A stretch of DNA of 56,788 nucleotides from an uncultured Bacilli bacterium (GTDB lineage: Bacteria; Bacillota_I; Bacilli_A; RF39; UBA660), in assembly GCA_947626595.1 (NCBI GenBank), contig CANQST010000004.1:1-56788 (forward strand), given 5' to 3'. The position numbers and the translations under genes are program-made. Under the pieces are notes generated by a model. The model was given only the letters and a program-made list of their open reading frames with translations, ran no database searches and was not told the origin of the DNA. How positions within the stretch are numbered: position 1 is the stretch's first letter; each line of letters begins with the position of its first letter. Positions 45,701 through 53,496 of this stretch are shown piece by piece.

Positions 45701-47523
45701 TTTCTTTTAGAATTAATACTTACATTTTTTCTTAGTTTTGTTAGTATTACTTTATAAAAGTAGTATTCTACAGGAGGAGAAAGGACTTCTCCATCATTAG
45801 AATAGCCATTTTTATATTTAGTTTTTAAGATATTTAATTCAAAATCTTCTAGGTTTTCTAAGTACTTAGTTAATTCATTATTATCTATATTTAGTAAAGT
45901 AAGTAAAGATGTTTTTGTATTTACAATAATTTCTGGATGCATAAGGGCTTTACAAAAGTTTCTTAGTTCGTCTACTATTACAGTAAATTCTTTATTATTA
46001 GGAGGTACTATTTTATTAGAATAATTAGGTCCATATAAGCTTTGAAGATACTTTTGTTGGTCTTCTTGTAAGTAAGTTATGGCTTTAAGAGCATATTCTT
46101 TTTTGTAGCATGACTTTAAGCAGGTAAAAAGAGTTACTTTCTTTTGTATTTTATTATTACCATTAGGATTATCTAAGTAGTTAGTAGTATTTTTAATATC
46201 TTTATCATTATTTAATTTATTAAGAGCTTTTTCTTCTATTTGTCTAACTCTTTCTCTAGTAATATTTAGAGACTTTCCTACTTCTTCTAAGCTTTTCTGA
46301 GGTCCTTCAAGACCAAATCTTTCTTTAATAATATATAGTTCTCTTTTATCTAATCTATCTAAGCTTTTATATAGTATTTTTCTTAAGTCTTTTCTAATAT
46401 AGTCTTCTTCAATAGCGACTTTACTATCAGGAATAAAGTCTTGTAGTTCACTTTCACTATCGTCTTCACTTACTAAGGCATTATAACTAATTATTTCTTT
46501 GGCGTTTGTTAAGAGATTGGAAACTTCTTCTTTAGATAATTTTGTATATCTCTCAATCTCTTCATTAGTAGGATTTCTTCCTAATGTTAGAGATAATTCA
46601 GTTGTTGCTTTTTTTATTTTATTTAATTTATCATTAAAATGAACAGGTAGTCTAATCATGCGTCCATTATTAGCGATGGCTCTAGTTATAGCTTGTCTAA
46701 TCCACCAAGTAGCGTAAGTGGAAAATTTTTGGTTCCTTGTAATATCAAATCTATCAATAGCGGTAATTAGACCAATAATACCTTCTTGAATTAAGTCTTC
46801 TAGGGAAAGTCCACGACCAATATATTTCCTAGCAATACTAACAACTAGCTTTTGATTATGTAAAATAACATATTCTTTAGCTTTTTCGTCATTATTTTTA
46901 ATTCTAGTAAAGTAGTCTTTTTCTTCTTCTCTTGTAAGTATTCCTTTAGGGATATTTTGAAGCATATCTTTAATTATATCAGTTGAAAAATAATTATCAT
47001 TAGTATTACTACTATTACTACTTTCTTCAGGAAGAACTTCTTCTTCTATTTCAATATCATTTTCTAAGCAAAAAGGCTCTAGTAAAATGTTTAGATTACT
47101 TTCTAATAAGAGATGCAGTTTCTTAGTATTTAGTTTATCATTAGTAAAAAGTAGTTTATTAATACTTTCTTTTACATATTCATTTTCTATTAATATTAAG
47201 CATTCTTCATAAGATAAGTCTGGTATTAGATAAGTAATATTATTTATAAAATCAGTAAGGTCATTATTCTTAGAGAAGAAGTAATTAGTATAATTAATTA
47301 AAACATTTTTATTCTTTATTTCTTTTTTTAATATTTTTAGATATTCATTAGTAAGATATTTTTCTAATTTCTTAGCATCAAATGTCTTTTCTTTTTCTAA
47401 ATAAGTATTTATGGCATTATCAAATAATTTATCTTCTTCAACACTTAAAAAAGAAAAGTCTTTTCTTACTTTTTCTTTTATATCATTTATTATTTGTAAA
47501 GTTTTCCTTCTATCTAAGTCCAT
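42781..47523 (-). CDS. Giant RpoD-like sigma-70 family protein with a ~1,100-aa C-terminal repeat array
   Basis: Sigma regions 2-4: HNQKLVVSIARKY, LIQEGIIGLITAIDRF, FSTYATWWIRQAITRAI, IRLPVH, LEEVGKSLNITRERVRQIEEKALNKL. The ATG at 47523 follows ggtggtatt, and the ORF track gives an alternative ATG at 47550. The 4.7-kb ORF is uninterrupted. Confidence 0.8.
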   Translation of the reverse strand: MDLDRRKTLQIINDIKEKVRKDFSFLSVEEDKLFDNAINTYLEKEKTFDAKKLEKYLTNEYLKILKKEIKNKNVLINYTNYFFSKNNDLTDFINNITYLIPDLSYEECLILIENEYVKESINKLLFTNDKLNTKKLHLLLESNLNILLEPFCLENDIEIEEEVLPEESSNSSNTNDNYFSTDIIKDMLQNIPKGILTREEEKDYFTRIKNNDEKAKEYVILHNQKLVVSIARKYIGRGLSLEDLIQEGIIGLITAIDRFDITRNQKFSTYATWWIRQAITRAIANNGRMIRLPVHFNDKLNKIKKATTELSLTLGRNPTNEEIERYTKLSKEEVSNLLTNAKEIISYNALVSEDDSESELQDFIPDSKVAIEEDYIRKDLRKILYKSLDRLDKRELYIIKERFGLEGPQKSLEEVGKSLNITRERVRQIEEKALNKLNNDKDIKNTTNYLDNPNGNNKIQKKVTLFTCLKSCYKKEYALKAITYLQEDQQKYLQSLYGPNYSNKIVPPNNKEFTVIVDELRNFCKALMHPEIIVNTKTSLLTLLNIDNNELTKYLENLEDFELNILKTKYKNGYSNDGEVLSPPVEYYFYKVILTKLRKNVSINSKRKVKTRKENNIISKESLTKALTYLTQQEQEYILSNFPKRNENIYSLTELLHVSSNNTYQKLITYAFNIENTNNYNLDITKASFQDLTTASSKEELKFMLNYVRVSDINLIKMRFGEDFLNKTELHNITYSINKRLLDRINNLNEKITSFHTPPAARKEVEEVLEYFDSKNTRILKNFYKYRKYNNTPLQQEDYLLLKEKLIPILKLALKEKQEKKEISPLTLSKIKNLSLKQKKTYNIPKEHLEEIISSFTKKEQKIFYRHYNLNLNGNYINKPLSEEEQEIYIKLARKISMSIQREKRLKEKHPLIEVIYENRTILDKALDYFNDEDKELLKEKFAVKRKITRLNNLTEEEVKRLEELSLLCKKIIKYLKDNSTLSNELQVKVNDLSKKDLSKEKYKNLKKEILPFFTKEDAIFINTKYDYYNNYINLENINEEDKRHYQKIIKLFLEALSSLKEKSHLKEEIILSIRKETREKAPFSNNEELLYKVKKLPINEQIIFYKRFNNDLTKIYPYRLTKEEETFYEEIIKKINDTKTTLDFDRPTINKALRYFNNTDKALIRAHYNITKNAYILKSLQEEEKKRLYQEILPLFESIINNINSLNEELILKVNDISQKSLSSKHIDNNKKKVAMLFNRKDKNILIDKFNIPNIRKNKTISLNTSANHLQEIISLYNEALAFLNKNGYISNEYISKIKNISPQNKTKFMTDNATLLEIISSLDEQEQQIIYKKLGKSLDRVGSEPLNSFEKELYSKITRKISIKLNLQKKKKDTKARFKAPNEKVLEIVDNYLNEEERNLFYKKYDRSLNIIGSLSKEEKQAYHKVSIKISSILNRKATTLKFAVDKDTLLRIVETFSKEDQELFFKRNGKNLDDIAKYRLTPEEKVKYKKISIAISNKIMKEKEKTAFTNEELTNIRNIYLTSSNATLSLLEPSTKEILDNLFSKNIINLTKEELLSLKKFINIITAKEDSKVFMKK

Positions 47524-47571
47524 AATACCACCAAACCTTATATCTATCATACTATATCGAAAGATAAATTT

Positions 47572-49443
47572 CTAGTTTTTTTTCGTATATACTTTATCTT
47601 CTTTAATGATATTTAATAATTTTTTAACTATTTCTCTAGTAAAATAGTATTCTATTGGTAATTCTAGTTCTTTAGAAGTAGATGTTTCAAGGTTATTATT
47701 ATATTTCTTATAAATAATATTTCTATCAGTTTGAGGAAGTTTTTCTATTAATTCAAGTAATCTATCTTTAGATACTCCTAAAACGATGCATAGACTAAGA
47801 TTTGTTATGCGGACATTTTCTGGTTTAGCATAGGCTCTTAAGAAGACTTTTAATTTATGAATAATATGGTCATGTACTGGGTCAACTACGATAGGAATTT
47901 TCTTTTCATAGAAATTACCATATAAACTTTTTAAGTATTTTACCTCAAGAGGATCTAGAAGGTCAATTGCTTTCATTAAGTGCTTTTTACCAATATCAAA
48001 GTAAGAAATTAGTAATACTTCTTCTTGTTTATTTAAGTCGATATCATAGTCTAAGTAATTAACTAATTTACGAGCATCAGAATTATTTCTTAGTTTAATT
48101 AGACCTTTCTTTTCTATTTGACGAATACGTTCTCTTGTGACATTGTACATTGAACCTACTTCTTCTAATGTCTTAGGGATACCATCAATTAAACCAAAAC
48201 GATGTAATATTACTTGTCTTTCTTTTTCGTTTAAGTTACTTTCTAGAATAGTGCGAATTCTTTTTTGCAAATCTACTTTTAAGTAATCTTTTTCTAAATC
48301 TACTTCGTCAGGTATTAAATCAATCATTTCTGTTTCTTCTTTACTATCGTCACTACTAACATCAATATTATAACTTATAGTATTAGCAGATAGTTTTATT
48401 ATTTCTTCTACTTTTTCTACGGGAACATCCAAAGATGCCGCTATTTCTTCTTTAGTAGGTTCTCTTTTTAAATCGTTTGCGAGTTTATTTTTAATACGAT
48501 TATATTTATTTACTTCTTCATTGAAATATACTGGTAATCTGATAGTTCTACCATATTGGGCAACGGCTCTTGATAGGACTTGTCTAATCCACCAACTAGC
48601 ATAGGTTGAGAAACGATATCCTTTACTTATATCAAAATAATCAACAGCTTTCATTAGACCAAATGAACCTTCTTGAATTAAGTCATTTAAAGATATACCA
48701 CTTGATACATATTTACTAGCAATACTCGCAACTAGACGCATATTATGTTCAACAATATAATTTTTTAATTCACTATGACCCATGGAAATTTCTCTTAAGA
48801 GTCTTTCTTGTTCTTCATTAGATAAAGTAGCAGGTAAATTATACATGTAGTCTCTAACAGCATCTCCAGTTAAGACGATTTCTTCACTATCATTAGTTTT
48901 TTCTTGTATTTCTTCTTCTACTATGATATTATTCTTCTCACAATATAAATCTATTACGGGAAAGGCTGATGTTTCTAGTAAATATTCAACTTTTTTTAGA
49001 TTTAATTTACCTCTACTTGTTAGTAGTCTTTTTATTAAGCTTTCTAGATTAGAATTATCTAATAAATAAGTCCACTCATCAAAAGAAATATCTGGAAAGA
49101 TATAACTTATATCATTACAATAGCTAATTAATAGTTCTTCTAGGTTAGTCATTTTACTAAGATAATTATTAGTAAAATCAAGTAAATATCTATTAACATT
49201 ATCATTATTTATTCTTTTTTTAACTTCTTTTTTTAAAAGATAAATATAGTATCTATCAATTTCTTTTACTAAAGTATTAATATCAGTAATCTTTTTTTGT
49301 AGTAGGATATCTAGACTTTTTTCGAAAAGATGTTTTCTTTCTTCAGTAGTTAGATTTAAGAAAGAATAATTTTCATATACTGATTTTTCTTTTACTTCTA
49401 ATTTTTTTAAGAAATTATCTTTTTCTTTTAATGATAAATTCAT
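47572..49443 (-). CDS. RpoD-like sigma-70 family protein (about 623 aa) with an N-terminal domain and a ~160-aa C-terminal extension
   Basis: HNMRLVASIASKY, LIQEGSFGLMKAVDYF, FSTYASWWIRQVLSRAV, IRLPVY, LEEVGSMYNVTRERIRQIEKKGLIKL. The ATG at 49443 follows gggagttgttggt. It is colinear with the first ~615 residues of the downstream giant paralogue. Confidence 0.85.
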   Translation of the reverse strand: MNLSLKEKDNFLKKLEVKEKSVYENYSFLNLTTEERKHLFEKSLDILLQKKITDINTLVKEIDRYYIYLLKKEVKKRINNDNVNRYLLDFTNNYLSKMTNLEELLISYCNDISYIFPDISFDEWTYLLDNSNLESLIKRLLTSRGKLNLKKVEYLLETSAFPVIDLYCEKNNIIVEEEIQEKTNDSEEIVLTGDAVRDYMYNLPATLSNEEQERLLREISMGHSELKNYIVEHNMRLVASIASKYVSSGISLNDLIQEGSFGLMKAVDYFDISKGYRFSTYASWWIRQVLSRAVAQYGRTIRLPVYFNEEVNKYNRIKNKLANDLKREPTKEEIAASLDVPVEKVEEIIKLSANTISYNIDVSSDDSKEETEMIDLIPDEVDLEKDYLKVDLQKRIRTILESNLNEKERQVILHRFGLIDGIPKTLEEVGSMYNVTRERIRQIEKKGLIKLRNNSDARKLVNYLDYDIDLNKQEEVLLISYFDIGKKHLMKAIDLLDPLEVKYLKSLYGNFYEKKIPIVVDPVHDHIIHKLKVFLRAYAKPENVRITNLSLCIVLGVSKDRLLELIEKLPQTDRNIIYKKYNNNLETSTSKELELPIEYYFTREIVKKLLNIIKEDKVYTKKN

Positions 49444-49509
49444 ACCAACAACTCCCATTAACTTTTTTCGTGTTTAATATTATAATACATTTTAGAAGAA
49501 AAAAAAAGA

Positions 49510-50808
49510 CTAAAGTGTCTTTTTAAAAGCATTTAAGATACCATCGATATAGGCACAGCCCATGAAGCAGACAACATTACCGGCTTCTTTTTTCATATTA
49601 TCTATCGTATCAATACTAATTATTTCACTATTTTTAATTTCTTCAGTAATTATTCTTGAAGTAATGCCAGGATAGTCTTCTTGTTTTTCTCTATTACAAT
49701 CTATTTCCGTTAGATAGACTTTATCAGCAACTTGTAAGGCTTTGACAAAGTCGTCTTTAAAGTCTCTTGTCCTAGAATAAGTATTAGGAACAAAGACAAC
49801 GACTATTTTCTTATTAGGATATTTTTGTCTAACAGCTTCAAGTGTTACTTTTATTTCGGTTGGGTGATGGGCATAGTCGTCTATTATAATAGTGTCTTTT
49901 ACTTGATCTATTTCAAATCTTCTTTTAGCATTTTTAAAAGTTTTTAAATACTTTTTGATATCTTCAAGAGATATTCCTAGTTTAGAACAAAGAATAATTG
50001 CGGCAGCAGTATTATAAATCATATGCTTACCAAATAAGGGAACTGTAAAATTAGCTAGTAATTTATTTTGATAGAATAAATCAAAGGAAGAGTTTTCTTC
50101 TTTTAGATTAATATTTTTAATTACATAGTCATTATCGTCATTAAAGCCATAGTATATGATATTTTTACTATTTATTTTTCTTATTTCTTTATTATCACCG
50201 TTAGCGATTACTTCTTCTTTGGTTTGGTTTGCGAATATTTCAAAGGTATCTCTAATATCATTAATATCTTTATAACACTCTAGATGTTCTAGTTCAATAT
50301 TAGTAATGATAGAATAAGTTGGATGGTAAGCCGTAAAATGTCTATTGAATTCGTCACTTTCAAAGACAAAGTATTTATTTTCTTTGGATGCTTTACCATC
50401 TCCTGAACCAATAAAGTAGTTACAACCAACAGTATTTTCTAGGATGTGTTTTATTAATGAAGAGGTAGTTGTCTTACCGTGAGTACCTGATACACCAATG
50501 GAAGTAAAAGAGTTCATCAGATTACCTATTATTTCATTATATTTAACGACTTTTAAGCCTAATTTTTTTACTCTTTGTAATTCTTTGTGGTCTTCACTAA
50601 AAGCAACACTATAGGTTACAATAGTATCTTTATCAATATCATGGTCATTGTCATAATAAATTTTAATATGACGCTTATCTAGGCCTTCTTGAGTAAATTT
50701 ATAGTGTTTGGCATCGTCATAGCCACTTACTTCATTACCTAAATCATAAAGGATTTGGGCAAGGGTTGACATACCGGTTCCTTTAATTCCTATACAATAA
50801 TATTTCAT
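49510..50808 (-). CDS. murC: UDP-N-acetylmuramate--L-alanine ligase
   Basis: YYCIGIKGTGMSTLAQIL Rossmann-type N-terminus and the Mur ligase P-loop GVSGTHGKTTTSS. The ATG at 50808 follows gaggtggaac. Confidence 0.85.
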   Translation of the reverse strand: MKYYCIGIKGTGMSTLAQILYDLGNEVSGYDDAKHYKFTQEGLDKRHIKIYYDNDHDIDKDTIVTYSVAFSEDHKELQRVKKLGLKVVKYNEIIGNLMNSFTSIGVSGTHGKTTTSSLIKHILENTVGCNYFIGSGDGKASKENKYFVFESDEFNRHFTAYHPTYSIITNIELEHLECYKDINDIRDTFEIFANQTKEEVIANGDNKEIRKINSKNIIYYGFNDDNDYVIKNINLKEENSSFDLFYQNKLLANFTVPLFGKHMIYNTAAAIILCSKLGISLEDIKKYLKTFKNAKRRFEIDQVKDTIIIDDYAHHPTEIKVTLEAVRQKYPNKKIVVVFVPNTYSRTRDFKDDFVKALQVADKVYLTEIDCNREKQEDYPGITSRIITEEIKNSEIISIDTIDNMKKEAGNVVCFMGCAYIDGILNAFKKTL

Positions 50809-50891
50809 GTTCCACCTCATTTTTAGTATACTCTTTTATATATTATAAGTAAAGTTTTATGCAATTATGAAAAAGAAAAAGCACTTAGTGC

Positions 50892-51983
50892 TTAATCTAG
50901 TTTAGCGCCACAGTTACTACAGAACTTACCACCATTAGTTGGTGAGCCACAATTAGAACAGAACTTACCAGTTGAAGAAGTTTCTTTATCATTATTATTA
51001 CTATTAACTGCTCCCATTAAGTTAGCCCCAACACTATTAGCCATATTCATACCCATAAAGCCCATCATTGAGCCATTTTCATTGCTAGAAGCATTTTTTA
51101 AAGCTTCAGCAGTCGCATTAGCCATTAAGCCACTTTGTAGTTTACTATCGGCAAAGATAGTAGCATCGTCGATTTTAGATACTCTTTTCATGGACTCGTC
51201 AGTTAGATTAATATCCATAATGGCAACATCACTTATTTTAATACCATATTTACTTACTAAGTCACTATCTAAAAGCTTATTCATGGCTTCAGAAATTTCT
51301 GTTGAGTGCATGCCAACATCACCGAAAGGTACTTTGTCTTTACGCATTACTTCGGTAATAGCTTGCGTTAGTTTTTCAACGAATTTAGCTTTAAATTGGT
51401 CTTCTAGAAGATCAGAAAAAGTTATAGTATCTTTAGGATTGGCACCAATTACAGCTTGAACTAGTAAAGCAGGGTCGTCTACTTTAATAGCGTACTCTCC
51501 AAAGAAAGTTACTTCTAACATACCATATTTATCGTCAGTAATTTTCTTAGATTGAGGTGAACCAAACTTATTGCCAGTTAAAGCAAGTAAATTAACATAG
51601 TAAACTCTCTGGTCTTTGGCAGCTGCACCTCCGTAAGTGATACGACTACCTATTTTTTTGATACTATCGATTAGACCTTTACCAAAGCCTCCGGTAAAGA
51701 TACTTGGTTCACTACTGTTATCATAAGTATAAGTACCAGCTTCAGCTGAAAATTCAACTATTTTACCATTTTCAATAAGCATCATGGCACATCCTTCTGG
51801 TACTAGAATAGTACTACCATTAGTAATAACTCCTTCGGTTGGATTTTTGTTGGCTTTGCCATGATTAACTATTCCTCTTTGGATAAGGACACCACCTGAC
51901 ATATCACTACATGTTACATACTCCTTAAATTGGTCTCCTATTACTGAAGAAATAGAAGTAGTTGCGGCTTTTATTAAACCCAT
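50892..51983 (-). CDS. SPFH-domain protein (YdjI / virion-core-protein-like) with a C-terminal double zinc ribbon
   Basis: MGLIKAATTSISSVIGDQFKEY N-terminus and an SPFH-like body. The C-terminal FCSNCGSPTNGGKFCSNCGAKL gives two CxxC ribbons. Confidence 0.7.
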   Translation of the reverse strand: MGLIKAATTSISSVIGDQFKEYVTCSDMSGGVLIQRGIVNHGKANKNPTEGVITNGSTILVPEGCAMMLIENGKIVEFSAEAGTYTYDNSSEPSIFTGGFGKGLIDSIKKIGSRITYGGAAAKDQRVYYVNLLALTGNKFGSPQSKKITDDKYGMLEVTFFGEYAIKVDDPALLVQAVIGANPKDTITFSDLLEDQFKAKFVEKLTQAITEVMRKDKVPFGDVGMHSTEISEAMNKLLDSDLVSKYGIKISDVAIMDINLTDESMKRVSKIDDATIFADSKLQSGLMANATAEALKNASSNENGSMMGFMGMNMANSVGANLMGAVNSNNNDKETSSTGKFCSNCGSPTNGGKFCSNCGAKLD

Positions 51984-52003
51984 ATTAAATTCCTCCTTTA
52001 TAA

Positions 52004-52516
52004 TTATTTAACTACTTTATATTCTATTAAGACATAGTCATAGTTTTCTAAGTCAAATGTTGCGCCACAGTATTCACATTTACCACTATTGTTGACGTTA
52101 ATACTAGCGCCACATCCAGGACATCTTTTAACTAGACCATCTTCTTTAGTTATATCTTTTTTTACAAAAACTAAATCATTTTTTCTTTCTATTCTTGTTG
52201 TATCACTACCTCTTATGAGGTTAGCATTTTTATCAATAACATAATCAAAGTATTTAGATGTAAGTATCATTTCTATTTTATCATAATTTCCTTCGCTATG
52301 ACTTATTATATGGATATCTTTGACATTGATTTCGTCATATATTTGGGTATTTTCCTTTTCTTTTAAATCATTTACATAGATCGATACTTGGTCATATAAA
52401 TCTTTACCTAAAAAGTGTTTGATATCTTCTAGATCTTTTTTCATAATAGCATTATGTAATTTAACAAAAATATTTCCAGCTTTTGATTTAAGTAATTCTT
52501 CTTTTTCTAAGTCCAT
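52004..52516 (-). CDS. Tim44-like-domain protein with a C-terminal zinc ribbon
   Basis: 170 aa. A domain pattern similar to the C-terminal half of the upstream 299-aa protein, followed by CPGCGASINVNNSGKCEYCG. Confidence 0.55.
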   Translation of the reverse strand: MDLEKEELLKSKAGNIFVKLHNAIMKKDLEDIKHFLGKDLYDQVSIYVNDLKEKENTQIYDEINVKDIHIISHSEGNYDKIEMILTSKYFDYVIDKNANLIRGSDTTRIERKNDLVFVKKDITKEDGLVKRCPGCGASINVNNSGKCEYCGATFDLENYDYVLIEYKVVK

Positions 52517-52531
52517 AATGATATTATCCTC

Positions 52532-53431
52532 CTATTCATAATACTGTCCTACACAAGTTTTTTTGCTTAAGACATAACTTCCAGATAATTTTACTAAAGT
52601 ACTATCACAATAAGGACAAATTGCGGAAGAGTTTATGTCTACAGGAGCTCCACAGTTAGGACATTTTTCTTGTTTGTTGTGGTTAGTTGCGGATTTAACG
52701 AAAGTTAATTCATATTTAACGCAGGCTTTTCTATTCTTATTACCTCTTACTACTTCATTATTTTCTTCTTTTACAACATAATCATAACATTTAACAAATA
52801 AGTATACCTTTACAATAATAGCGTCTTTTTCTTTTCTTATATCATATACTTTAGCGTCATTATAAGTAAAATCACTCATAATATTCTTTTGTTTTTTAAC
52901 TTTTAGTGTTTCAAGTTGACTATTATACATATTAAATAACTCATCAGTAGTATTTTCTCTTATAGTGTCATAGTCAAAGTCCATCCAAGCAATTTGAATT
53001 TTCTTGTATATTTCAAAGACTTCTTTCTTAAATTCTTCTAGTTGAAGAGTATTATCTATTTCATTTATCTTTTCTTGTGGTAAGTCATTATAGATATTGT
53101 TGGTTGTAGAATTTATGCTTGAAGAGAGCTTTTGGAATTTTTTAGCGGTTCCGATTATGGTGAAGAAGATAACGATAAAGATAACCATACCAAAGAAGAA
53201 AACAAAGAAAACGCCATCGTCACTAGTAATGATTACGCCACCTCCACTACTTCCTCTATCATAGTCGTCATAATCCCAACTAGAACTTCCCCAATCACTT
53301 GAAGAACTAGAAGACCAGTCACTGCCGCCACTATCGTAGTCAAAATCCCAGCCAGAGTCTGCTTTAACAACGTAACTAAAAGCAAAAATAGTTGTGATAA
53401 TTGTCAAAAATAATATTAATTTCTTTTTCAT
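52532..53431 (-). CDS. Membrane protein with an acidic exodomain, a TM helix, a Tim44-like domain and a zinc ribbon
   Basis: Signal peptide, DSGWDFDYDSGGSDWSSSSSSDWGSSSWDYDDYD segment, TM (VFFVFFFGMVIFIVIFFTII), cytoplasmic domain and CPNCGAPVDINSSAICPYC. Confidence 0.55.
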   Translation of the reverse strand: MKKKLILFLTIITTIFAFSYVVKADSGWDFDYDSGGSDWSSSSSSDWGSSSWDYDDYDRGSSGGGVIITSDDGVFFVFFFGMVIFIVIFFTIIGTAKKFQKLSSSINSTTNNIYNDLPQEKINEIDNTLQLEEFKKEVFEIYKKIQIAWMDFDYDTIRENTTDELFNMYNSQLETLKVKKQKNIMSDFTYNDAKVYDIRKEKDAIIVKVYLFVKCYDYVVKEENNEVVRGNKNRKACVKYELTFVKSATNHNKQEKCPNCGAPVDINSSAICPYCDSTLVKLSGSYVLSKKTCVGQYYE

Positions 53432-53496
53432 ATAAACAACCCTATCTACTAAAAGTATATCATACTTTTTAGAAAAAAAAGCAAACTTTTTACAGT

